The notes under the pieces are model-generated. The model saw nothing but the letters and a program-made list of their open reading frames with translations. It was not told where the DNA came from and did no database searches. Below, in pieces: positions 1-14,700 of a stretch of 64,000 bases of DNA (the first letter of the stretch is position 1; every line of letters starts with the position of its first letter). The position numbers and the translations under genes are program-made. This DNA is from Lingula anatina (lineage: Eukaryota; Animalia; Brachiopoda): positions 16,430,001 to 16,494,000 of the forward strand of contig CM120640.1 in NCBI GenBank assembly GCA_051362555.1, read 5' to 3'.

Positions 1-994
1 ATTGTCCGGCGACCAAATCAAAAAGGCCTGCATATCTTTGGTCAATCCAGCTAGGAAAACCTTTATTGTATCGTAGAATACGTGAAGGTTACCGGTTAGA
101 AACCTTAGCTGGCATAAAGACATCAAATGTGAAAGGTGGGCGAAACAAACCTGTGTCCGGTCATCTGACCCTAACGAGGGAATCTGGCAGTAAAGGCGCT
201 CACAAATGCATTATCTCTTGTTTTGTGTTTGAATAGAATAGGGGCCACAGTCGTCATCCCGATGGCCATTCCGATACGTAAGGTTGGCGAGAATCGCCTT
301 TTTTGAAGTCACCGCGCAAACAAGAGAACTTTCTTTGTTGGTATTTCAGGAATGCTTACTCATGGAATATCGTCCTTTTCCTCTCCATTACGTCTCCTGT
401 TTTAAATACCGTGATACATCTTATACCATGGTACGTCTTATGCCTTAGTTTTTCGCTTACAAATATATCATACAAATTAGTAATTAATGACATAGTACCT
501 AGTGTTTTTGTTGTTCTCTTGCCTCCCTACACAAATTTTCAGCCCAGTGAATCAAGATTGTCGGAGTTTTAATGTCTTTAAATTCCCCAAGGTATACCCG
601 TATGATTAAAAAAAAATGACAAAAAAACATTGTTTTTCGTTACACTCAGGGGAACTGAAGGGTGAAATTATATTCTTGTAAGACAGTCGCGGCTTTGGGT
701 CAAATATCATCGGCCACTTTAGCGGTCCCTTCTCATTAGATTCAGTCTGACAAACCGCAGCTTTTGAGACCTATAAAAGGACAAAAATACAAAAGAGCAA
801 AAATTTTGTATCAAGTTTTTTTTTCACCTTTGGAGAAAATGAAAAGGTCTGAATTCAACTGTGACTTCAAAAACTTGATGATTACCAAACTGGTGTCAAT
901 ATTTTTTTTTAAATATGTAAATACTTGCTGTGTGTTAGCAAAGAGAATATGCTGAAAGTGTTCATAAATTTTTTTATTTGAAATTAGTAAATGC

Positions 995-997
<3 letters not shown>

Positions 998-1066
<69 letters not shown>
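998..1066. repeat. (TA)n microsatellite
   Basis: Pure TA run. Confidence 0.98.
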
Positions 1067-1069
<3 letters not shown>

Positions 1070-3524
1070 TGTGTACGTATAAATACATTTCCGCGCACCT
1101 TCTGTTACTTTCCGTATAATATAGCGATCAGATTTCTCTCAGTGGAATTTTCCTTCCTCTCATGGAAAAACACAGGACACGTATGGAAGTTCCGTCAGTT
1201 CCGGCGCAAAACAACTGAATAAAATATGTATCTAAATATAGGATGCGACTGGAGCGGGAAAACTTGTTGTGCTGGCGCAGTTGACCACAGTAACAACATG
1301 CGGGTCACGTCATAATGACCACTCGAACTAAATGTATTAGGCCTACTGATCCCTGTGCTAGAATCAATTACAGAATAACCATTATAAAGGCCAACATGTC
1401 CGTCCAGGTATACAATGCACTCCCACAATACGTTACTGACATCAATGGACAGTGCATTTCTATAATGAAGGGCAGTGCACATTAATACATTTCAAATGAG
1501 CCCGCGGCTTTGTATAGTAATAAAAGCTTTGTACAATAATAAAAGCTTCGTCAGAAAGAAAGAGAAAACCCACAATGGCCGAGGTTGTCTTAGAATGTTA
1601 ATCGACCAACGTGTCTCATAAAGAAAATAAAGTGACGGAAAATTTTCCTTCATCTTAAACTCATCATTAAGGTCACACACGCACACACACACACACACAC
1701 ACGCACCTTTTTGGGAGTGCCCCGTTTACAGACAAACAACAAAGTGAATTGTGAATTGCGGCAGCTATATTTTATTAACTGGGACAGCATGACAATAAGA
1801 TATGTTGCCGAAGTGACAAACCTCTTCAATGCAGGACACGCATACTTAATAAATAGACCATGTTATGTAGTATTACATTTCTTACCTCTTAACCTCCAGA
1901 TAATACAGCAAGCTAAGACATAACCAATTCAACTTCAATATTTCAAAACTTTAGACTGAACGTTTCCGAAACACATTATACCATTTTCTCTAACAAAAAC
2001 TTTAGGGCTTTGTTTTTTATTTTGAAATTAATTTGATCTTAAATGTAAACCCTTCACTGCATGTAAATATTTTACTTTATAATTTCAATCGAATTCATTT
2101 ACCTGTACAACATCAAACTTTTGGCTAATATGTTTAAAAAAAAATCATTATTGCTATTATAACCAGACAAGAAGGTCAGTTCTTGTACAGCATTTCCTGC
2201 CACAAGGTATAGCTACGGTTACACGCAGGTTGATTCTTGCCCCGATACAAGACCCGCAAAGAGAGAACTCAGTGCCGATAGGTCACTACCTTTTTAACGC
2301 TTAAAAGAATCCAAATGACGGAATAACACGCTTCATCAGTTGACGACACGACGCCAAATGAAATATAATTCACCTTATTCAATAACGACAAAATCATTTT
2401 ATATGATCTCTTTAAAACAACGTAGCATTCGGTCAAGAATCCGTCGGGGTGGGTATTTCCCCATGACGTGATTTGCGGTATAGAAATCTATCGGTACGGG
2501 GGTTTTGTCGGCAGGACCTTATGGCTTTAGGATGCCAATGTAGATCAATCGTTTCGAAGCGCATTCACACAACATCAACTTCACCGATACATTTTTCACA
2601 GGTACAGGCAAAGCACAGGCGAGTTTACATAAGTAGGCCAAGCTTCAATCTGCATTTGTTGAATGGTCAAATTTTTCTCAACATGGAAGCAGCTGTTCAT
2701 AAAAGCTAACTAAATTCGTCATGCCCGATAAGAAAAAGTCTTCATTATCTTATGTCTCAACTTATATATAGTTTATATATTTTACCCGTGTATCAACTCC
2801 GATTGACGCCATAAGATGTTTGTGTTAATGAGTTCTTTAAAAACCATTCAGAATATCGCAATAACACTGAACATCTCTGTTCTTGGTATCATAATAACCA
2901 ACAGTGTATATGGTACGGTATACCAGATATTTTAACATCCTCACATATCAACAACACAAGTATATGTATAATTTTTCCCTGAAAAGGAATGATAACAAGA
3001 CATGTCATTCTTAACATTTTGGTGACAATGTGAACGGTTTTAATGGGTAACACCAATGAGTTAAAAAGAGTTTAGATTTGCACCCTGTATGTGGAGGTTA
3101 GACGCTACACTCCTCCCTACGCGTGTTCTCGATACAAATGAAGCCTGCGCAGTGCAGCGTTTTGCCGATATAAACAGGGTGTTGATATGATGAGAAGGCT
3201 GATAATTACAATTTGTGGGGGAAATTAGACATTTGCCGTCGCTAGAGAAATGTGCATAGACAATCATTTTAATTTATATTGTAAGACGTGGCAGACGTCA
3301 TAATTACATCATTGGTAGGTGACGTCACGAGTTTGCCACTTTCTTCTTGCTCGTTCTTGAGGTTTGAGGGAAATATAAACAGTTTCCGCAACTTCGCCTC
3401 AAACAATTCGCACAGAGGACGTTAACCTCAATCCAAACGCTGCAGTGTTTCACTTCAATTTGTGCTCTAAATGCTGACATGTATTGCTGGCAGTTTTCTC
3501 GCCGATAGCTGGCGATGAAAAGTT

Positions 3525-6500
3525 TTACACTTGATGATTTTCTTCCTGCATATCTTTTGGGGTGTCACCGTTTGCCAAGTCATAGGCCACTGTTACACCA
3601 TTGGTTTCTATCTTTCTTGACGCCGGTTTCTCTGAGGGCGATGGTCCCCAGTCCGCTGATGGTTTTAGCAGAAATTTGATACGCTGCAATAGAATATAAT
3701 AAAGCTTAAGTGCATTTCAATCTTAACTTAAAGTTATAGAACTTAAGAATGGTATGTGCCAAGAAGGTGGCACATAAAACAAAAAACTGAAAAGACGCTT
3801 GTTTGAAATGAGATTTTTTCCGTTTTTACTACCAGCTATTACAACTGTAGTAACCAACACTCTATTGAGCCGCATACCCGTTACACGTCTATGGGCCTCC
3901 TTTTTCCTTAAAATGGCATACTGAACAGTTAAATCCCATTTAGTTTCCTTAAAATCTGTTATGTTTCTTTTTTTTTCAACACGGGTAAAAAGCATAACTT
4001 AAAATATAAATATTCTTATTGTTAAGAGCAAGTTTGAGCAAGTCTTGATGAAATAGAGACGAAACCGTCAACAGGTTTTCAAAAAGTACAAATTTAAACA
4101 TCATAAATATTTTTCAATTTAACTATTTATAAATCCAATAATACTATTTTCTCATAATCGACAAAGTTTATAAAATCTCAAGCAGACCTTTTTGACAAAG
4201 GCGTGGGGCATTTGAACACAGAATAAAAAGATTTATGATGTACAGATGACCCCATTTATTGTTTTGTAAATACCAGGCAACTAAAAAAACCGCATCTACC
4301 ACTTTTTTAGATTATTAAAATACTCATAATAACTCGCATTATTCAGCGCCTATCATGGGTCACCGTACAAGGAAAAAGGCTTCGCTTTTTATTCATTCAC
4401 ATTAAAATAAATTAGGCAATTTCTGTTTGACCTGGTAGCTATCCTCCTCTGTGGGTAACTATAAGTACTCGTAAAGATTTTTATGCTATTCACGTATTCA
4501 GAACACGGTATCGTTTCTTTAGTTAAGGGGTTATGGATCACCCTTGCATTAATGAATTTATTTACAGCGAAAAGCATCGCGAATTGCGAATAGCGATATC
4601 ACCTTTTATTTCGAGGCTATTATATGAGGGGGGGGGGGGGGAAGGGGGGGGGATCCCGAGTTATGGAATAGAGACGCTTGTGCTCGGTCGCAATTCGCGA
4701 TGCTTTCGAGTTACGGAGCCCTGGTTGAGAATGCGTTAGTTTAGACAATAAATGTGCATCGTTGTAAGGCAATGTAGGGTTATTCAATTAAAGAGTATTC
4801 AATTAAAAAAACACACACTCAAGTTGTATATTTTAACAAATGCATTGCTCTGAATGGACATATTCTTCCACTATGATTTAATTTCCCTAGCTTTCCCCAC
4901 TTCATATGTGATTCATCCGTTATTTTAGCCAGCCGCACTACCAGCTGGCTTTTCTCGGCAGGAGTTCCCCCTGAGTCATAGCTGCTGCCTTTTATTATGT
5001 AGATCCCAATCATTTAGCGACTTCAGGTGTTTTAGGATATAGTGATTTTATTCATTAATAGCAGGTAACGGATGCCCTGATCCGTTACTGGTTGTTTTCA
5101 TCGGCGTACATGTAAATCCATTTATGAGACAAGATATCTTCAATTTAAGATATTAATGATTTCTAAAAAATTATTTTTACCAAATTTGGTTGAAATTTCA
5201 AGCGATTGGCAGTTATTCAGGAGAAAAAGAAGAGGTAGAGAAGAGAATGCAATTTCAACTGGGTCCGGATATTCTAATGCTTTTGAGCAATTGCTGGTTC
5301 TGTTATCCTTATCAGTAATTGCCAATTCCCTGATGAAGGTCTGCGCTTTGGTAACTTTTTTTTTAAACACATTAATATTTAAAGAAGTGAACGGTCTTGT
5401 AAACAGCTGTTTACCTGCCAGATATTTCCCTGAGCTGCGAATGCGATCCTCCACACCATAACCACAGGTATGGGTATTAGGGGGATGGTGGCAATAAACC
5501 AACCCAGTGGCTCTATCCAGTCAGGGAACCTGTAGTCGCCGTATGAAGGGGGCTTGTAACTGAATAGGCTGAATCCTAGAATCATCTAGAAAACATGATA
5601 GCAAATTAAATGCAAAGAAAGGTTGTATATTAATTTATAAGCAAATTTCATTTCCTAATTATGTCGTAGACATGCGTCGTGCTCCGAGGAACAGGCATGG
5701 AGGCACACACACCTCTTATTTATCTTGATCAGTCCCTGTATTACACATACTTCAAAAACTCGGATTGCTCGTTATTACAACCTCTTAGGCCCATCCTTTG
5801 ACTAAAGACGCGTATTCAGCATACATGTATCAACCCTTTTGCGTTTTTGAATTACTGCACCCGTCATTCTCTCCCTCTCTTCCATACCGACGTCAAACTG
5901 ACAAAAGTTGACCTGAAAAATGTATTATGAACCGCCAACATATCTTCAACATATTAACGGACACATATAGAACCCCCATCTTTTAAATTACGTTGATATT
6001 AAATCATTCTTTCTAAAACACCTCTCTCCTCCCCCCCACCTGCGTACCATTAGCAGTCCGGGTGTAATGAACCGCCAGCATATCCGCCACAGTATAAACG
6101 GTTTCCGTCCCACCATGGATGCAACGTCATCACTCAAACGGTCAGCACCTGAGGATGCAACAATTCAGGGATTGTATGTTAATCATAATCCTACTTCTAC
6201 TTTCACAAGAAACTGTTGAAAGACTGATGTTGCGGTAAATGTTTTGATTTTTACAAATCGTTTTTTTCCTGTTTTTCTATTTTTTCTATTGCCTTGTGGT
6301 TGTAAGAAAAGCTATGCATAACAAGCCCAAACCTGCAAACGCTGTGCGTTTTATCCCCGTGCAACTTATTTGTCTTCATAAGTTTACCTGTATTATGTTA
6401 CAAGAGTAAATTAATAACCCGTCAGATCCCCCGCACTACATAAAGACGATAATATTTATTGTTTTTTCCTATCAGAAAAACTGCGAATGACGAAGAAAAT

Positions 6501-7713
6501 GTCTCTGTAAAATGCGGGAGGTGAGACGAATGTGTTTGAAGGTCTTATAACGGTTTGTACTACTTTGAATACTTTGCAAAATTATCTGGACTACACATCA
6601 ATGCCTCAAAAACTAAAGTAATATGGATAGGTTCCAAAAAATATAGTAAAGATGTGTACCATCATTCCAGATGGAAACTTTATTGGGGGGTACAAATATT
6701 TGAGCTGTTAGGCATAACTTTTTCAGTAGAGTTAAGTGACATGATTGATCTGAATTATCAAAAGCAAATGACAAAAGTACAAAGTCAGATTAAACAATGG
6801 AAAAAACGCATCCTTAGCCCAATAGGTAAAACCACGATTGTAAAATCGTTATTAATTTCCAAACTTACCCATCTATTTATCTCCCTACCCAACCCAAACA
6901 ACGGATTTATTAAATCGCTTGAGACTGAGTTTTATAATTTTGTATGGGGGTCAAAATGTGATAGAATTAAAAGGGACGTAGCCTCTCAAAATCACAACGC
7001 TGGTGGCCTTAAAATGATTGACATAAAATGTTTTATTACATCATTAAAATGTTCTTGGTTGAAAAGACTAATTTCTAGGAAACAGATTTGGACTAATATA
7101 TTAGAATCCATATTAGGAAAAAAGTTAATCCAGAACCTGCTCGACTTTGGTGATGATTATGTCAGGAAGTTAGCAGAACGTATCCAAAACAAATTTTGGC
7201 AGGATACTCTGATAGCTTGGGCTTACTTTATGAAAGTCCAAATATTAAGGGAATGGGCAAGTGACCCAGGCGCAATACCTCTTTGGTATAATACTGAAAT
7301 TAAGATTAACAACGCTTCGGTGTTTATCCCTTCCTGGTACAAACAAGGAATAAAAGTTCTTGGAGATATGTTGGACAATCAGGGAAATTTAATGAAAAAG
7401 AATGTGCTTGAACAAAAATTCAATTTGAGAGTCCAAACTATGCAGTTTAATAGCATGTACAGTGCAGTTAAGGTTTTTCTAAGACAATTTGATAAGGAAA
7501 AGGTGGCTATTACAGTCACCCCTTACTACCCGTTTCATTTCAAGGGGCTTATGCTAAATGAAAAAGGAAACAGATATGTATATAATGTCCTAAATAAGAA
7601 AAATATTATTCCCACTGGTGTCTGTACATGGAACCAAAAACTATTCAATAACGGGGACGCTCGCTTAAAAACGGTGTTATTCTCTTTGTAAGATTGAATG
7701 CGTTATAAAGCAG

Positions 7714-7752
<39 letters not shown>

Positions 7753-8741
7753 ATGAGATACGGATATCATGATGCAGCGACCCTCTCAAATTACGCTTTA
7801 CAATTACATTTACTGAAAATATAAATAAATAAATAAATAAATAAATAAGGTCCTTAATTTTAACAGAAAGCCTAAATTCCAGCCAAATAGAAGGTTCTTA
7901 CCATAAACATAAGCTACTATAAGGCACTCCAGTAGCGCTATGATCACCACCGCAACTGCCGCACAATACCAGTCCATGAATTGGAACACGTATATACCAC
8001 CCTGGAATGGAAAATTTGCACTGAATTTGAAAAGCAAAATCAATTAAAGTATGTGTATTAATAGAAAATCTACATACTGTTTCGAAAACAAGTTTCATCA
8101 ACATTGTAGAGACATGAGTCAATCGTTAATTAGTCTTGCCGATCAAAGTCCAGACACTGTACTGTCAAAATTATACATTGTAGTTCCTTTGGCGTGCGTT
8201 TAACGTAATCGAAAAACTCCAACTCGATTAAAATGAGTTAATACTTTTAAGCTTTTGTTTTAAAAACATATTTAATTCACAGGACAGGAACGTGTTAACA
8301 CATGGACGAAGAATGACTCACATTCGTTATACATGCTAGTCCCAGAAGAAATTCCACTACACAGACAGCGAGGGTGAACAGAGTGCGTCGCTTTCGTAGA
8401 ATCCTGGGGAATTCGTCTATGAAGCTACTGGTGAGCGTTTCCAAGGTGACAAACTAGAAAACAGGAATATATTATATTACGGCAAGTGTTAAGACTAAAT
8501 GATAATGGCTTTTATGACATTCCCCCTTAATGACAAACTTCTACTTTACTACATGAGTCAAATCCATAAAAAAATTGTATACAGAATATTATGTACCCGG
8601 TATTTTTAGTTTACTTCTATCGTTAAAGTAAAATGCGATATTTAGTATTTTGAGAAAAAAAAGAAAGAGATCTAGATTGAATGTAGAATTTTCTCCATTC
8701 TTCGTTACTTCTTATCATTGATGTAGAGTGTGGTTTTTCGT

Positions 8742-8782
<41 letters not shown>

Positions 8783-11700
8783 GGGGGGGAGGACTTACTT
8801 GGCTGTCCAGTCCCAATGTGAGCAACATCAAGAAGAATAGTATAGCCCACAGTGGAGATATGGGCAGTTGAGCAATGGCTTCAGGATACACAACAAATGC
8901 AAGCCCAGGACCTAAAACAGTTATAACACTAAAAGATTAATTTGCAAAACAACATGCAGCTATTTTTTAATCTCCTAGGTTGTGAGTACTTTTAGTTGGG
9001 CGGGTTTTCATGCAGTGCTTTACCACATGATGGTACAAAAGCCAACTTTACATCACGCCCCGACGCTATGCTTCTCTTAAAGTACAATCGTTTTTTTATG
9101 AATTGCCGTAGCATTAATACATTGACATAGACAGGTTGAACCTTACTCGTTAAAAATTAGCAGGGGAGGAGAATTCTAACATGTAGCTTCAGTTTGATAG
9201 ACGAGGTCTGTTATCCACATACTACAAGAGGAGCAAATTGAAAACCCATCACTTTGAATCGCGTGTGTTGCCCGCACCCACCCCCGCAGTTTCAGAGGTC
9301 ATAAGAAAGTCACCTCTACTTATCGACTAGACAGACAAAGGTGAATTTCCAGCTGTGATCTCTTGGCTACAGGGTGTCAGCTCCGTGCCACACCGAAAAT
9401 CGTTTTTTTTTTTTTTTTAAGTTTTTAAAAAAGAGAAAAAACAGCAAGTTCGCATTTGTCTGTTAATGTTTCAGACATGGCATTCAAAATACTTGTAACA
9501 GTTCCGAGCTTTCTTCAGTACATTTGGAATCACAAGTAATAGTAACACTCCCGATAGATATAATATATATTGATTGCATAGTTTATAAGCGACTGATCGT
9601 ACGCACCTTGTTTGACCACTTCGTCGACTCTCAAACCGGCCACTTTCGACATATAACCCATGACGGAGAAGATAACGAAACCTCCATAAAAACTAGTACC
9701 ACAGTTTATCATTGGGATTAACAGCGAATCTCTAGAATATAAAACGTATCAAATATTATAGAACTACAAGTTATTCATAAAAAAGTTTCTCAGTCTTCAT
9801 ACCTTTCACAATATGTGCAGGGAAATTCTAGATAAATTCAAGGTTAATTAATTGGTAACCGAGCCGAAAATGTAACCCTATCGACTCGTCCTTTTCAATT
9901 CTAATTAAATCTTTAAGTTCATATACCGTACAGTGCCATACAATAGAGGAACCCACACCTCATGATATTATTGTTGAACTCGTTATAGCTGGCCATAGTG
10001 ATCAGTCCTCCCCAGGCAGGCCCTAGTGAGTAGAATACCTGGAGACACGCTTCGCACCACACCTGAGGATGTATAACATTAAATAAATATAAAATTATAC
10101 TTTGCTTCTCAATAACTTAGATTATTTCACGCATCGCATCCACCTAAGGGTGTATAAAACTAAATAAGTATAAAAATATACTTTGCTTCTCAATGAATTA
10201 GATATTATCTCAGACTAACATCGTAGTATTCATGTGCAAGTTATAAGGCGTTAATCAGATTTGGGAGAGCACGAGAACGATGGGCCTCACCGCGTCTTGA
10301 TAAACTTTGCTTTAAAAACCGTTTATTCACAATTCACTCATGCAAATAGGATGTAACATGCCCTTATAAATAATTAGTCAATAATTATATCATGTTTGGA
10401 TGAGCTCTGATATTGGCGTGGGGAAAACATATCTGTGTGTTCGATATATTAATAACGCTCACTCTAAATTCGGCAAGTTTTGAGAAATCCGGCGTGAGGT
10501 AATATTTCACGCCTTCTAAAGATCCCTCGAGGGTCGCTCCGCGTATTAGGAGAATGGTGAGGAAAATGTACGGCGTGGTGGCGGTGACGTACACGATCTG
10601 AAAGAAAAAGGGGGAATTTACACTTGTTTCCCAACAGATTTCACCCATAAGATATTAATGCACAGCAGCGCTAATCAATGTATAAACCTAGTACGATTTA
10701 GTCATGGGTGAAAGTTGTAAAAACCGAAAACGAACTTGCATTCTGTCATTGCTTTTAGACCAAATTAGAAAAAACGATCAAAACAAAAACTGAAATTCTG
10801 AAATTGGGCATAATCCTGAAAACTCACCCATGGGTTTAGTACTTAGAAATATATTTTCAATTACTAAGCATACTTTTAAGCAAAACTGTTCCAAATTTTT
10901 AATTAAATCAAAACAGTGTTATCAGTTTTTATAAAAGCAGAATAAGATTTAAGTTACACTTCATACCAGTCCTGACGATTTCACTCCTTTGCATAAACAA
11001 ACGAAGGTGAGAGCCCAGGCCAAAATAAGGCAGATCAGTAGTTCCCATTTCACAGTGCCTAGATTATCAATACCACTGGACATCCCCAGCACGGCGGACC
11101 TTAAAAGGAAGCAAAAAACCGTGCATCAGGTGTTTTTTTGTTATCACGGTATTCATAAATGAAAACCTAGAAGTGTATCAGAAAAGGCCTGCGCCACTCC
11201 TTAATGAAAGTGGAATGGGTGTTTCATGATGACAATGAAAGATACGGGTATTGGTTTTATTATATTTCTACTTTTAGGCCTACCTACTAAAATGGTCCTA
11301 TCAACGGTCATATTAACGTATCAAAGTTGTCACTAATACCCATCAAAACAACTGCACGTTTGAACAATTCCCTATATTTGGTATATTTTCAATTATTACA
11401 TCATTTCAAACGTTGAAATACCAGGGTATTATGTCCACATATTTTAAACGAACAGATCAAGGTAATAAAACTCGATCGTATGTTCCCCTCTAACAACTAA
11501 TCAAGGAGCCACGCATATAAGCAACAGAACATACGCGGTTCACTGATAGTTTACACCATCTGTGTGGGATGCATGCACATACCGGCCGGTTCAATCCCTA
11601 AGCCCTTGACCTTTTAAGTTCCAAAATCGTAGCATTTAAACAGTTGTATATATGTGTAAATAGAGGAGCGTGACTTAATGGAAATTTTGGCCATGTTGTG

Positions 11701-14700
11701 TGCATGTAAAAACCGCGGGTTTCTTTGTGGCCGTTGCCTGTATACCTAATACAGCTGTTACTGCTTTTTTTAAAGTTGTGAGCAATGATTGTAACCTACT
11801 GCCAATATTCCTCTGTAGGACTTGTGGACTTGTTACAGAAAATGCTGTCTTCTATGTAAGATATATTACTGGCAAGATCTACAGTAACATTCGTGACCAT
11901 AACCAAACCTTGGCCGGACGTGGTATTGCTTTGCAAAAATGGCAAATAGTTCAACATGTTGCCGTTTGAGTTAGTCCCAGAGGGGCCCAGAAGGGTTGCG
12001 TTGCGGCTCTCTCCCGCTGCCAGGCAGCATTCCGTGTTCCACCAGTTCCCACAACCACCCCAAGGCACCTCTGTTCCGAAGGACATGGCAAGGTAAAATA
12101 GTACCCAGGTCAGGATGACATTGTAATAGATACACAAGATTCCAGACACTAGGATCATAGCGTAGCCCAGACCTGAAATAAATAGGAATGCAAATTTTAC
12201 CCTAAAAATAACCCTACCTCAAAAATATATTAACGGTGTTACAGAGTTACAGATGGTTTTCAAAACGAAGTCATATGACACAATAAAAGATCAGTACTTG
12301 TATCAATGCATATTTTTATATAGTAAATAAGCTACAAAGATTTATTTCAATCACACACCACTTGAATACGTTTGAATGTTACCTTTGAAAAGCGGACATA
12401 TCCTCCAGGCGGTCATGGGGCTACTGGCCGAATACTGACCGATGGCGAGTTCCATAAAGTACAGGGGTATAGCACACGTAAACAAGAAGAAGAAGTAAGG
12501 GATCAGAAACGCTCCTGGAATATAAAAATCATGTTTTAGTGCCGTGGAATGAGAACCCGATTTCATGGAGAGTGAAAAATATGAGATAAATCATAAACAT
12601 ACACCTGCAAAAAGAAGCAAGTTAAATTTAAGGTTCCCTATCATATTAATAATTTCCATTCTTGAAAATTCGGTCTTTTCTTATGAATTTCCTAAATATA
12701 GCAGCAGAACGTCATGATATAAAATAAACCAAAATATTGAAAAAATGCCAAAGTTTATCCTGTAAAAATAACTTTTTTCATTGCAGATATTTTACATATT
12801 TTTAAACATTTTCCTTGCGTAGACTTAACTGAACAGATTAAGCTCCGGCGGTTGAAGTTGCCTAGGGTTGTCTCGTAACCTAGTGTAAAATGTACCAAAG
12901 GTATTCTGCGTCGAATTTTACATATAAACAAAGAGCTTTAGCAAAAGCCGGCTGAAAAGCCCCCCCCCCCCCCTCCACACACACACACACCCTCTTCTAC
13001 CAGCCACAGACATGCAGACCATTGTTATCCAGAACTCATTCATCACAACGTTATCCATTGATATGTCAAGCCGATCTCAATATAACGCCAAGTCCTGATA
13101 TCAAATGAAATAAATTAACACACAGTTGTATATAAACACTGCCGGGTTTGTATAAGCATACAGTCTGATGACGTCCATACATATTCAATAAGTAAAACAA
13201 CACAACTTCATATGAATGAAAACAACAATATTCCTAACGGCAGGGTTCAAAGTCCACGCGCATTTATTGATTCTCTACCAATATAAAACTCAAGCCACGT
13301 TTCGTGTGTGTTATGGTGAGGAATGCACACAAACTGGCACTACCACAGTGTAATCAAATGGCAATAAGGCACATCTCAGGTGTAAACCTGAATTTAAGCA
13401 CAAGCGTACTACACATCCCCATCCACCGCACGTCCTTGTGAGGTTTTAGAGCCAATTTTTGCCGGCAATTATGTACACTAATACGTAGAAACCTGTCCTC
13501 AACTAACCTCCTCCATTCCTCATACAAAGATATGGAAAACGCCACAGATTCCCTACGCCTACTGAATAACCTAGCCCCGACATGAAAAAGTCTAATTTCC
13601 GGCTCCATTTCTCTCGCTGGAGGACAGGAGCTTTGTAAGAGAGAGTCCCCTTTGCTTCTTCCTCAGTGTCTTCCTCGGAATTGTGTGTTGTGAGACCTAT
13701 CATTTCGTCACGTTTAAGTCCCTCCGCCGTCACCGCACGCCTCCAGATTGTTTAGACATAGTTGACCTGATTATCCTGTTTAAAAAATCGTCTTTGTTGA
13801 TGGAGACTAATAAAACACGCAGCGCACCCTTGAGTGTCGATGAACGTGCATCTTTCACGTGGCTCTGTGTATATTCGAGTCATTGGTTTCAACATCCGCT
13901 TTCAAACACGCTGGAGTCTGCGCATTGAATCCAGTCACGACTCCTTCCTTAACGTCTATAATACATGCTCTCAATTAAGCAGTCAACGCAGTATGAGAGT
14001 TATTGAAAGTTGGGCGGAAAAGACAAAGCCAAAATCAGTGTATATCTCATCATCTGCTATAGCATAAGCAACGAAAGCTATCTAATAGAATCTCATTAAG
14101 CTATTTTAGATCAAGAAGACAGCGAGTAGACTACAAACCATCTTTTTTAATGATAAAGGCCATTGAAATAATAAATCAATAGATAAAAGAATAAATCAAC
14201 AAATCAATACATATATAAACGTTTAAGATGTGTTATATCTTTTTGTTAGGACCGGTAGACCGGCAAAAATGTTCACCGTTTTCAAATATTTAAATATTTA
14301 TATAAAATATTTCAGTCGGAGTTTAATTCTTCTCGCAATTTCTTATTGTAAACGAAATGCTTATCTTTCTGGACAACACACACTATTGCAATGTTTGAGC
14401 AATAGAAGCTGGCCTCCGAGTGTTGCATAACAAAAAATATGCCGCGTCTTTAACCTTGCGCATATCTTAAACCAAGCCTTTTTAAAGCGGAAACAATATT
14501 ATTATTGCCACGATTCTTTAAGCGTTATTAATCTCTCTGGTTGGTGTGGACGCATAGTGAAGACGAAAACCCGGTGTGAGCGGTACTCTTTCTTTCTCTC
14601 AAACTTTATTTTATGTATATATTTTGATGATATCCTGCTGAAAAAGGAAAAAGGTGAAGCAAACAGTCAAGCAATATTTTGAAAATATTCTTTCTGTTGA

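Noticed and set aside
811-1098. ORFs with YI/CV/HT/SL dipeptide runs here and elsewhere
   Set aside because: They are translations of microsatellites.
13165-13200. CTGATGA as a hammerhead ribozyme core (other CTGANGA sites also checked by eye)
   Set aside because: No stem II followed by GAAA and no closing helices were found.
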